Source of the DNA: Nitrospirota bacterium
Lineage (GTDB): Bacteria > JACPQY01
Reading direction: 5' to 3'
DNA length: 59,034 nt
Assembly (NCBI GenBank): GCA_016180645.1
Contig: JACPAV010000018.1
Span: 62,001-121,034 of the forward strand
Shown: piece after piece, positions 25,828 to 34,867 of the stretch
Numbering within the stretch: the stretch's first letter is position 1
Layout of the letters: every line of letters starts with the position of its first letter
Notes under the pieces: model-generated
What the model saw: the letters and a program-made list of their open reading frames with translations, nothing else
Told to the model about the DNA's origin: nothing
The model's database searches: none
Program-made: the position numbers and the translations under genes

Positions 25828-27285
25828 TCAAGATTGGGGCCGAAAACTCTCCAACGCCCCGGCACGGGATCGTGTCGCAAATTCCCAAAGAGCCGAGAGT
25901 CCGCCCGACAGCACCTCGCGCACAGGTGTTTTCTTCAGCTGAAACAGGTGGCGGTAAATCATTCGGGGACGAATGTAGAACTTGAAATGCGCGATCTTCT
26001 GCATCTCGATCAGGCTGGCCGAACTCAACCGGTCATGCCGATACGGCAACTCCTTCGAGGGGTAAGCCCCGTATTCCGACCAATCGTGCGACCGGATGGC
26101 CCCGGCCTCCTCATATCGCCCGTAGAGCAGAGTCCCCGGGTACGGGACGACAAGGGGAAAGTTCGCCAGGTCCAAGTCCAAACTCTTCGCCAAATCCATG
26201 GTGCGGCGGAAGCTTTCCCAGTTCTCGCCGGGCAGACCGAGCATGAAGAATCCCACAACCTCGAAGCCGACGGCCCTCGCCGTCGCGACGGCCTCTCGCG
26301 CTTGGGCCACACTGGTGGACTTGCCCACCCCGCGCAAGAGGTCCTCGGAACCGCACTCAAGACCAAACATGACTCTCGTGCACCCGGCTTCGCGCATGGA
26401 CTCACCGAGGGAGCGTGTAAACAGGTCCGGCCGCGTCTCCGAGACCCATGTGATTTTCTTGTGAAGTCTCCGGCGTATGATCTCCCCACACACCTCGTCA
26501 CACTGGGCCGCGTTCACGGGGAAAATCGCGTCGACAAACACAACGGCTTCGATGCCAAAGTGTTCGATGAGGTATTCGATCTCATCTGCAACGTTCTTGC
26601 CCGACCGCCGGCGAAAGCCCGGCCGGACGATTTTCCAATGCGCGCAGAATTGACAGCGATACGGGCAGTCTCGCCCTGCGGCAACCAACATGACTTTTCT
26701 TGCAATTTCCGCCAGCGGTATGGCTCGGTACTTCGCCAACGGTGCGAGGTGCCAGGCTGGGAAGGGCAGCGCATCCAGGTCCACGATCGGCTCCCGGTCG
26801 CCCGTATCGTGGATGGCCCCTCCCTCGATATAAGAGAGTCCGAGGACATCTCCAGGGTTTCGACCCTGCTCCAGCCTTGCCGCCAACTCGGACATTGCCT
26901 CCTCCCCTTCACCCCGCACAACAAAATCTGCGTACCCTCGGAGGAGAAACTCCTCGCGAAATGTAACCGCATGCAAGTTGCCCATCACGACAGGCGCCAA
27001 GCGGGCCTCACGGACGCCTTGGCCGATCGCAACAGCCTCCGTGGCACTTGGAGTGACGCAGGTAATTCCCACGAGGCCGGGCCCAGCCTCCCCGATCCTT
27101 CGCACGACCTCCTCCGCGCAGAGTTTCTCCGCAAATGCATCAATCAAGACGACAGAATGCCCGCGCTGTTCGAGGACGGCGGCAATGTATAACAGGCCCA
27201 TGGGCGGCAGGGCATGATTGTATCGCGCAAACAGTCGCATCGTTTTTCTCTGATCGCATGAAGGATTAACGAGAACGATTTTCAT
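25828..27285 (-). CDS. Cobalamin-binding radical SAM protein 3 (paralog of protein 2)
   Basis: PPMGLLYIAA, RGEGE, GRDCPYRCQFC, ETRPD, GLPGE, PYPGT; GAGGAG RBS. Confidence 0.92.
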   Translation of the reverse strand: MKIVLVNPSCDQRKTMRLFARYNHALPPMGLLYIAAVLEQRGHSVVLIDAFAEKLCAEEVVRRIGEAGPGLVGITCVTPSATEAVAIGQGVREARLAPVVMGNLHAVTFREEFLLRGYADFVVRGEGEEAMSELAARLEQGRNPGDVLGLSYIEGGAIHDTGDREPIVDLDALPFPAWHLAPLAKYRAIPLAEIARKVMLVAAGRDCPYRCQFCAHWKIVRPGFRRRSGKNVADEIEYLIEHFGIEAVVFVDAIFPVNAAQCDEVCGEIIRRRLHKKITWVSETRPDLFTRSLGESMREAGCTRVMFGLECGSEDLLRGVGKSTSVAQAREAVATARAVGFEVVGFFMLGLPGENWESFRRTMDLAKSLDLDLANFPLVVPYPGTLLYGRYEEAGAIRSHDWSEYGAYPSKELPYRHDRLSSASLIEMQKIAHFKFYIRPRMIYRHLFQLKKTPVREVLSGGLSALWEFATRSRAGALESFRPQS

Positions 27286-27328
27286 TGTGGTTCACTCCTC
27301 TCGCCTTGGTTCCATATCCCGTCCTGCC

Positions 27329-27344
27329 AGCAATTCCAGGTCCA
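27329..27344 (-). promoter_or_regulatory. Sigma-54 promoter for the rSAM3-U32-U32-methyltransferase operon
   Basis: Minus strand TGGACC-TGGAA-TTGCT, GG-N10-GC, about 45 bp upstream of the start codon. Confidence 0.6.
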
Positions 27345-27421
27345 TTCGCGCAGGTCCAACCACCGGCAACCTCCCGCGTCGGCATGGAAATTGAGACGAA
27401 AGGCCGCCGGGATCGACATTT

Positions 27422-27437
27422 TTTCTCAATTGAGAAA
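27422..27437. promoter_or_regulatory. Perfect 16-bp palindrome, putative activator binding site
   Basis: TTTCTCAATTGAGAAA is its own reverse complement and lies about 80 bp upstream of the sigma-54 motif. Confidence 0.6.
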
Positions 27438-27657
27438 TGGTGTGGGGAAACCTTTTCCGAAAGTGGAATCCTTTGGAGTTCCGATGGACTGATCGGCTCG
27501 AGCCGTGCGATCTTCGATATCGGCCGCAGCCCGGCAGGGATGGAGTTGATGCCGGTGGCAACGGCGAGGAGCATCGACTTTCGCCTGTCGGGCTCACGCC
27601 GGTGATCCGTGACACCCACCCGGTTGCCGCCTGGACCGAATGCGGTATCATGAACCC

Positions 27658-29199
27658 GTGTCCAGAGTATTGCTGTTAAATCCCCCCGGCCGTCGCCGCT
27701 ATATTCGCGACAACTATTGCAGCCACGTTTCCAAGGGAAGGTACCTCTATCATCCCATCGATCTACTCGTCCAAAGTGGAATCCTGAGAGCGCGGGGAGA
27801 ACAGAGCACCGTTATCGGGGTGCTGGACGCAATCGCCGAAGGTCTCAAACCGGAGGAGGGCCTCCGCCGCGTACAGGATTTCCGCCCTGACTTTGTGCTG
27901 AGTCTTGCCGGAATTGTCTCCTGGCCCGAAGACGCCGTTTTCCTCTCCGCCGTCAAGCATGCCACTCGCGCCGAAATGGCATTGACGGGAGACAAGCCTC
28001 TGTTCGAATGGCCAGAAATGATGGACCGGCTGCCTTGGATGGACGCCGTCCTATTGGACTACACCACCGACGCATTCGCCCGACACGTTTTCGATGGTCA
28101 TGCCGCACGGGGTCTGGCGCTCCGGGGCGCCCGGAGACCGGCACGCGCAGGCCCGGAAATGGGCCCCCCGAACCGAGTCGTGAATGTCCCCCCCCCTTTC
28201 TGGGATGCTTTTCCCCTGTCTCGTTACCGCCTGATGCAGGCGAGGCACCATCCCTTCATGACCGTGTTCGCAAGCCTGGGGTGTCCTTGGCGTTGTACCT
28301 TCTGTCCGATGGAACGCATCCCGTTCGTTCGGCGAGACCTCTCCAACCTGCTGGAGGAGCTGGATCAACTCCGCCGACTCGGCTACCGGGAGATCAAGTT
28401 TCGGGACCAAACGTTCGGGGCGGATCGCGACTACTATGAGCAACTTTGCAGGGGAATGATTGCCTATCGATTGGGATTCGGTTGGAGCTGCGAAACTCGA
28501 ACCGATGTTGTGGACTATCCATTCCTTTCATTGATGAAGGAAGCCGGGTGCCATACGGTGATGATGGGAGTAGAAACTTCCACTCAGAATGTTCTTCGGC
28601 ACACACGCAAGGGCCAGCGCCCCGGATCAGTGCCGAGTGCTTTCCAAGCTTGCCGAGAACTGGGAATGAAAAGCCTTGCTCATTTTATTATTGGCCTTCC
28701 CGGCGAGACCCCGGAAACCACGGAACGGCTGGTCGAATACGCTTTACAACTCCGGCCGACCTATGCGGCCTTCAATGTGGCCGGACCGGCGCCGGGAACG
28801 ACCCTGCTGGATCGGGCCCTTGCGCAGGGCTGGTTACGCTCCAGCCGCGAGGCGATCGATAATTCCGATTCCTACCCACCCATGGAGCTGCCTGGATTTT
28901 CTTCCCGTGAAGTTTGGACATGGCACCGCAGAGCCGTCCGAAAGTTCTACCTGAGTCCATCCACGTGGCTCCGCATGGCCTCCAGCGTCAGGACGTTCCG
29001 CGAATGGCTTTGCCTGTTCTCGGAAGCCGTTTCCCTGCTTCAACGAATTCTGGTCCGGGCCCTTCGATGGAGTCCACACCCCCCAATCGCGCCATCCCCT
29101 TTCCATCCTACTGCCGGTCCTGACCATGGGACCGCCGTTCCGCACGCTGCGAGAGATGTTCTTCTCTCACGGCTTTTCTCAAGTTCGCCGACCTCTTGA
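27658..29199 (+). CDS. Cobalamin-binding radical SAM protein 4 (HpnJ-like N-terminus)
   Basis: LLLNPP...RDNYCSHVSK...HPIDL, SLGCPWRCTFC, FRDQTF, ETRTD, GLPGET; start GTG 27658 is 6 nt after TATCAT. Confidence 0.88.
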   Translation: MSRVLLLNPPGRRRYIRDNYCSHVSKGRYLYHPIDLLVQSGILRARGEQSTVIGVLDAIAEGLKPEEGLRRVQDFRPDFVLSLAGIVSWPEDAVFLSAVKHATRAEMALTGDKPLFEWPEMMDRLPWMDAVLLDYTTDAFARHVFDGHAARGLALRGARRPARAGPEMGPPNRVVNVPPPFWDAFPLSRYRLMQARHHPFMTVFASLGCPWRCTFCPMERIPFVRRDLSNLLEELDQLRRLGYREIKFRDQTFGADRDYYEQLCRGMIAYRLGFGWSCETRTDVVDYPFLSLMKEAGCHTVMMGVETSTQNVLRHTRKGQRPGSVPSAFQACRELGMKSLAHFIIGLPGETPETTERLVEYALQLRPTYAAFNVAGPAPGTTLLDRALAQGWLRSSREAIDNSDSYPPMELPGFSSREVWTWHRRAVRKFYLSPSTWLRMASSVRTFREWLCLFSEAVSLLQRILVRALRWSPHPPIAPSPFHPTAGPDHGTAVPHAARDVLLSRLFSSSPTS

Positions 29200-30764
29200 G
29201 GATATCAACACCACGCGCTCCCGCCTTGCTGGCCGGGATCATCCTCACTTTCCTCGTCACCCGTCTCGCCACGCTCGGCTATTTTCTGGGAACGTTTGCC
29301 TCTTCGGTTGACGAGTTCATGTCCCAAGAACCCGCGCTGCGAATCCTGACGGAAGGCAGAACAATACCGAGCGACTATCTCCATACTCCTTTCGAGAGCC
29401 GCTTGTACGCCGCCTACCTCGCGATCCTCCATCGGATAGGCCTCCTCCCCGATCCCTTATCTTTCGAACCCCACTATTACCTGGCCAGCCGATGTATTTC
29501 TGCCGCGGCCGGAGTCGCGGCTATCTTTCTTTGCTACAGATTGGGCGCCCTGGTTGGAGGTGCATCCGCGGGACTCCTCGCGGCATTCTTTGTAGCCACC
29601 GCCCCCTTGCATTTCCTGCTCTCGGGCACTGCGGTTCCCCATACGGTTCTCTTGTGTCTCGTGACAAGCAGCTTCCTACTGGCCCACCGAGTCTCAAAGG
29701 CGCCTACGGTGCGACGGGACTTGCTGGCGGGAGTCCTCACGGGTCTGGCCTCTGCGCTCCGATACGATCCCCTGACCCTTGTGCCCATCGCTTCCGCCTA
29801 CCTTTTTCCTCGAAAACATCTGCCCTTGTGGAGAATATTGGGCGGGATCGGCCTGATCCTTTGCCTCGCGTTGCTCCTATTTGTAGCTTTGAATCCATCC
29901 GTGCTGACGCAACGATCCGGCTTCTGGGAACCGGACCGCAACTATATCGTTCTCCGCTGGCAGCATCTTTTCAACAACGGGATTTCCACCGATCATCTTT
30001 GGCCCACCCTCCAGGCCCATTTCGCATTCGGAATACCCCATTCACTGGGCCTCACGACGGTCCTGCTCCCGGTGATCGGACTTTTGAAATTGGCGAGAAT
30101 ACGGAGTCCATGGTTTTGGATCTTCACCCTCTATGCCGTTACCTATGGGGTTTTCCTGATCTTGTTCGCCTGGCATCCATACCTCAGCCCGTATCTCCAT
30201 TTCCTGCCGGTCCTATCGGTAGGGGCCGCCATGGCATTTCAGACCACCACCCCGCGGAATCCCGGTCACACCCTCGCGCGCGCGCGATTCGTTGCGATAC
30301 TCCTATGCTTGATCTACGGTGTGATGAACGTAGGGAGCATGCATTCGCAATTCACCCGTTACGAACAGGCCGCCTCCTGGGCGAAGGCACACAGTTCGGA
30401 GGATCGACCCTGGGTGATCTACCTGCCCTTTCCGGTGAGAAAAGACATGGTCGGAATCCGGTCGCCCCGGCCGGACGACGTGGAAGCCTTGTTCACCCTG
30501 CCCCCCGATCGATATGTCATCTCCCCACAGCTCGCCGCACTCATGACCCAGCGCATGTACCCGGAGCGTACGCCGCACATCGTCGAGGCGACCCGCAGGA
30601 TCCTTTCGAATCAAGATCCTTGCTATCACGTTGTTGAGCGATGGACGCCTCACTCCCCACTTGAGCCGCTCATGCGCCGGATGGCCGGTCCCTACGCGGA
30701 CCCCTCCGCCTACGCCGTCGAAAAAACGCCCGGTTGCACCGGCTCTTTCACCTTTCGCCCTTGA
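29196..30764 (+). CDS. GT-C fold membrane glycosyltransferase-like protein (PMT/ArnT-like)
   Basis: N-terminal TM followed by VDE, SRCISAAAG, about 10 hydrophobic segments, GLASALRY, soluble C-domain. Confidence 0.7.
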   Translation: MRISTPRAPALLAGIILTFLVTRLATLGYFLGTFASSVDEFMSQEPALRILTEGRTIPSDYLHTPFESRLYAAYLAILHRIGLLPDPLSFEPHYYLASRCISAAAGVAAIFLCYRLGALVGGASAGLLAAFFVATAPLHFLLSGTAVPHTVLLCLVTSSFLLAHRVSKAPTVRRDLLAGVLTGLASALRYDPLTLVPIASAYLFPRKHLPLWRILGGIGLILCLALLLFVALNPSVLTQRSGFWEPDRNYIVLRWQHLFNNGISTDHLWPTLQAHFAFGIPHSLGLTTVLLPVIGLLKLARIRSPWFWIFTLYAVTYGVFLILFAWHPYLSPYLHFLPVLSVGAAMAFQTTTPRNPGHTLARARFVAILLCLIYGVMNVGSMHSQFTRYEQAASWAKAHSSEDRPWVIYLPFPVRKDMVGIRSPRPDDVEALFTLPPDRYVISPQLAALMTQRMYPERTPHIVEATRRILSNQDPCYHVVERWTPHSPLEPLMRRMAGPYADPSAYAVEKTPGCTGSFTFRP

Positions 30765-31600
30765 TGCACCCGGATACGCCTCGCTATGTTATGACGTTCG
30801 ATCTGGAAGACTGGGCTGACGCGTTCTTGGTCCAGGCTCCAAAGCGGATACGAGAGCATCGCATTCGTGAGGGGCTGGACTGGGTGCTCCAGCTCTTGTC
30901 CGACGGCCATGCCGGCGCCACTTGTTTTGTGGTCGGCCGCCTGGCAAGGGAACATCCCGAATGGGTGCGTGAAATCGCGGGCCTCGGGCACGAGATTGCA
31001 TGCCACGGACAAGACCATCAGAGAGTGGATAGACTCACCGCGGCGCAATTCCGGGAGCAGGCGCGAACTTCAAAAAGATTGATCGAGGATTTGACCGGAC
31101 AACGGGCCGTGGGCTATCGTGCCCCGGGCTTTTCCATTACCTTCCGCGCTCCCTGGGCGTTCGACATCCTGAGCGAGGAGGAATTTCAGTTCGATTCGAG
31201 TTGCTACCTTGAGCACTGGCCATGGAGACTCCCCCCCTCGGGGATCCACGAAATCCCTCTGGCCACGGCCAGAGCAGGACCGTTCTGCCTGCCTTTCTCG
31301 GGGGGGACAACAATGAAATGGCTCCCTTACCGCCTGTTCGCCTGGGGTCTGCGGCGGGCCCGTTCTTCGTTTCCCGCCGTTGCCGTCTATCTTCACCCGT
31401 GGGACTTTTTCCCGCCCCCTAAGGGGATGGGAGGGGCTGCCAGTCATTACCTGTTTCATCGCCATCAAGGCAGGCATCTCTTTTACAAATGGCAAAGACT
31501 CTTGTCTGAGATGACGTGGGTTCGGGCATGCGACACGCTGCCCGAACACCTTCAGGCAGCCTCTGCCAGGCACGGGGTCCGCCCGAATCTTTCGAAGTGA
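30764..31600 (+). CDS. Polysaccharide deacetylase family protein (DUF3473-type)
   Basis: TFDLEDW, ATCFVVG, GHEIACHGQDH, GYRAPGFS, FDSS, YLHPWDF. Confidence 0.88.
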   Translation: MHPDTPRYVMTFDLEDWADAFLVQAPKRIREHRIREGLDWVLQLLSDGHAGATCFVVGRLAREHPEWVREIAGLGHEIACHGQDHQRVDRLTAAQFREQARTSKRLIEDLTGQRAVGYRAPGFSITFRAPWAFDILSEEEFQFDSSCYLEHWPWRLPPSGIHEIPLATARAGPFCLPFSGGTTMKWLPYRLFAWGLRRARSSFPAVAVYLHPWDFFPPPKGMGGAASHYLFHRHQGRHLFYKWQRLLSEMTWVRACDTLPEHLQAASARHGVRPNLSK

Positions 31601-33405
31601 AAGCGGACATCGCCCTCTTCGGCATCGGGGCCGGTCTCGGGCTTCTTTTCTGGGACCTCCCATTTGTCAAGCCGGGATACTCCCTCTTCATCAACCTCTC
31701 TTACTCCATGGACCTGGATCCATGGGACTTTTTTTTTCAACCGCAAGGACGAACCTACCGTCCCCTTCAGACGTTGTTGAATCTTGGACTGTACCATCTA
31801 TGGGGGACCCGCCCTGGACCGTATCACCTTGTCCCGATGCTGTGCTTGGCCGGCACCGCGGTGGCGGTCCGCCATTTTCTCCTTGAAACGGGTGTTGGGA
31901 GAAGAAAGTCCTTCGCCATCTCCTGCCTTTCGTTCGCCACGCTTCCTTTCATCTATGAGACGATGGCAGGAACGGAGCCCGGCCTTATCTCCATGGCGTC
32001 GACCTGCGCGGCTCTGCTCTGTCTCCTCCGCTCGCGCAAGGGAAAAGTCCGATGGGGGTGGATGGCGGGATTCCTCGCTTTTTCCCTCATCACCCTGTTG
32101 TCGAAGGAGATCGCGCGTGCCTTCTTCATCCCCATCTTGCTGCTGACGGGATTCTTCTTCGGCAAACAGCGCCACATCCTGTACGGCATCATGGCGGTCC
32201 TCTCGCTGACGCTCCTGACCACCCTTCCGCTCATGCGCGCGGTGGACACATGGACGTCCGGCCGGATCGACATCGATGCGGGGATGGGATGGCCCTTCCT
32301 GGAAACCGCTCTGACGGTGAATGCCATGGCCATGATGTCCGCGTTGGGTCCTCAGGTGGGAATCCTCTGGCTTCTGGGTGCGGCGTGCCGGGCGCCCACT
32401 CGGGCCGCAAAACTTGTTCTGCTGGCCTGCTCTCTTGGCCCCGCCTGCGCTCTCCTCCTCTCTCCGCCCATCGGTTATGCCTTCTTCGCTGGAACGTTCT
32501 ACTTTTCGGGCGAATCCGCCCGGCTTTTCGAAATCCTGGGCGGCTCGGCGGTCGCCGGTCTTGCGGCCTGGCTCGTGTGGGGCGATGACCGCGAACGATT
32601 TTTCTCTTCCGCCATCCTGACCACCTGCGCCGTCTATGCGGTCGTCCCCCTGATCTACAAGGAAACGCGCGTGGAACCGACGGCTCGGCATTTTATCTAT
32701 TTGGTCCCCTGGTCGGTCGCGCTCACGGTCACGGCGCTCTCGCGCGCGTGGACCGTCACCTCACCACGATTCCCGGCCTGCGTACTGCGAGCGTGGACGC
32801 TCGCCATCGCGCTCAGTTGGTTCTATTCGCTCCTGGCGTTCAGCACCAATGCCGCATCCCAAGTGGGAGCGATTGCGCGAGCCGAGTGGAAGGGTCATGA
32901 GTATGTCCGAGATCAACCCAACGCGACCTTTCGCCTCCTCTCGCCCGGCGATGCCTGGGACCTTGCGAGCTACACCCTGGAGTTTCTGGCTCCAGATCGA
33001 CTCCCAAGCTTCCTCCAGACACCGCGGATCTTTTCGCTCTCGAAAATCGCACGCACCCACGCCGCGCTGGGTTCTGGAGGCGAGTTTTGGGGATACTATT
33101 CGAGATCCGAAATCTCAGATCCGGCGGACCGGATGTTTCAGCAGTCCCTGAACTTTGACGAGTACTACGGCCGCATGGCGCGCTGGGAACACGTCTACGT
33201 CATGGAAGGCCTTAAACCTTCACCCTTGCTGTCGGATTTCAAGAGATTCGGCAAGGTGTTGTTCCGGCAGGAGGAGCGTTACACACGTCTGCCCTTGTGG
33301 TTCTCGCACGCGATACAGAGACGTCGTTTCAGACTCCCCCTGATCGAACATCGGATCTACCCGGTAGAAATATTCGAGCTTCTTCTGCCCTCGCTAGGAC
33401 ACTAG
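31597..33405 (+). CDS. GT-C-like multipass membrane protein (paralog of 51175-53070)
   Basis: YRPLQ, PYHL, LLSKE, many TM segments; GTGA overlap with the deacetylase. Confidence 0.65.
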   Translation: MKADIALFGIGAGLGLLFWDLPFVKPGYSLFINLSYSMDLDPWDFFFQPQGRTYRPLQTLLNLGLYHLWGTRPGPYHLVPMLCLAGTAVAVRHFLLETGVGRRKSFAISCLSFATLPFIYETMAGTEPGLISMASTCAALLCLLRSRKGKVRWGWMAGFLAFSLITLLSKEIARAFFIPILLLTGFFFGKQRHILYGIMAVLSLTLLTTLPLMRAVDTWTSGRIDIDAGMGWPFLETALTVNAMAMMSALGPQVGILWLLGAACRAPTRAAKLVLLACSLGPACALLLSPPIGYAFFAGTFYFSGESARLFEILGGSAVAGLAAWLVWGDDRERFFSSAILTTCAVYAVVPLIYKETRVEPTARHFIYLVPWSVALTVTALSRAWTVTSPRFPACVLRAWTLAIALSWFYSLLAFSTNAASQVGAIARAEWKGHEYVRDQPNATFRLLSPGDAWDLASYTLEFLAPDRLPSFLQTPRIFSLSKIARTHAALGSGGEFWGYYSRSEISDPADRMFQQSLNFDEYYGRMARWEHVYVMEGLKPSPLLSDFKRFGKVLFRQEERYTRLPLWFSHAIQRRRFRLPLIEHRIYPVEIFELLLPSLGH

Positions 33406-34791
33406 CGAGGGAAAATTGGCTGTCCGTCGGTCAAAGTTGCCTGCGGCCCGCATGTAACTGAGCGCCTCCCACCAAGCAATCCCCAAGATGTCCTTGTCCA
33501 AACCGGCGGACAGCAGCCGAAACCATGGCTGAAGCCGCAATCTTCTGCGTCCCGCCAAGAAACGGACCGTACCTTTCAGCGCCGGCCAACGAACGGCAAG
33601 GCGAAAGAGGTAGTACAAGTTGGCGATCCGCTCGTCCGAGGTGCTCCGCCGTTCGGGAAGCCATCCCTGAGTCAAGTCCGGGAGGTCGGTCGGAACGCTT
33701 TCCCCCAGGGGCGTTCCCGGCAAAGGAATGTACAGGGCCACCCGCGCGTCCGGGATGCCCACCGAAACGTTCCACTCCAAAGTCTGCCAAGCCTCCTCAA
33801 ATGACTCCTGAGGCCACCCGATAACGTTCAGCCCCACGCATCGGATTCCAGAGCTTGTCAGCCTTCGGCAGGCCTCCTTGTATTCCCGATCCTTGCCCAT
33901 CCCCTTCAGGGCTTCGCGAAGGCTTTCCCGCCCCGTTTCCACGCCCATGCCCACGGCACGGCACCCCGCCCTCGCCAGCAGCGGCACGGAGCGTTCGTTG
34001 ATCATCGATGCCGTCATGTTGCAATAAAAAGGCAACGCCACTCTCGCGTGGTAGGCCTGCGCGAATTCTTCCAGCCAGCTCACATGGGATCCGAAGAGGT
34101 CATCCGAAAACACAACGAACTTGAGGGGATGCCGCGCGCGCACTCGCTCAATCTCGTCGATCACGCGGGCCACCGATTTGCGTCGCACGGAATGCTGATG
34201 TCCAGGCGCCAACCGTCTGATCCCCGATATGTAACAGAATGAGCAATCGTGAAGGCAGCCCCGGCTGGACAGGAACTTCTTCACGCTGAAGCGAGCCGCG
34301 GGGTGATATCGAAAGTATAGATCGCGATCGGGGAAAGGCATCTCGTCAAGCGAATCCACTCTCGCGAGTCCGACATCGGGTCCCGCATCTTTGGTCCCGA
34401 GCCCCGGGATCGACCCCACCTGCCCCCCTCGCTCCAGCGCGCGGCAAAGGTGTGAGACGGGGATTTCCGCCTCTCCCCGGCAAACATAGTCGACAGAAGC
34501 GTCTCGGAGAACGTCTCCCTGAAAGGTGGGCAAACTGCCCAGCAGGATGACGGGCCGGTCTAGATGGGCCTTGGCCTCACGAGCGATCCGGAGCGCCCAG
34601 CCTGCGGCCAGAATCGAACTGGGAATGGCTACAAGGTCGGGGCGCCACGCCGCCGCCTTCTCCCAAAGAGGTCTTTCGAGACGTTCGATCAACAGGTGGG
34701 TTTCGTTGCCTGAAGCCTTCAGGAATGCCGAGAGATCGGCGAGAACCGGTGATTCGTCGATCAGAGCATGTTGGACAAACAGAACCCTCAC
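33394..34791 (-). CDS. Cobalamin-binding radical SAM protein 5
   Basis: RGEAE, PFPDRDL, SRGCLHDCSFC, FSDDLF, GVETG, PLPGT. Confidence 0.9.
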   Translation of the reverse strand: MRVLFVQHALIDESPVLADLSAFLKASGNETHLLIERLERPLWEKAAAWRPDLVAIPSSILAAGWALRIAREAKAHLDRPVILLGSLPTFQGDVLRDASVDYVCRGEAEIPVSHLCRALERGGQVGSIPGLGTKDAGPDVGLARVDSLDEMPFPDRDLYFRYHPAARFSVKKFLSSRGCLHDCSFCYISGIRRLAPGHQHSVRRKSVARVIDEIERVRARHPLKFVVFSDDLFGSHVSWLEEFAQAYHARVALPFYCNMTASMINERSVPLLARAGCRAVGMGVETGRESLREALKGMGKDREYKEACRRLTSSGIRCVGLNVIGWPQESFEEAWQTLEWNVSVGIPDARVALYIPLPGTPLGESVPTDLPDLTQGWLPERRSTSDERIANLYYLFRLAVRWPALKGTVRFLAGRRRLRLQPWFRLLSAGLDKDILGIAWWEALSYMRAAGNFDRRTANFPSLVS

Positions 34792-34867
34792 CGGTTCATA
34801 CTACCCCCGCTTGGGAGCCTTGACAAAACTCCTGAGAGGAGGCGTATTTCATCCCAAGGATCGGCAC

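Noticed and set aside
27266-27651. Short ORFs in the gap between rSAM3 and rSAM4 as precursor peptides
   Set aside because: No RBS, non-protein-like composition, and the gap is explained by divergent promoters and operator palindromes.
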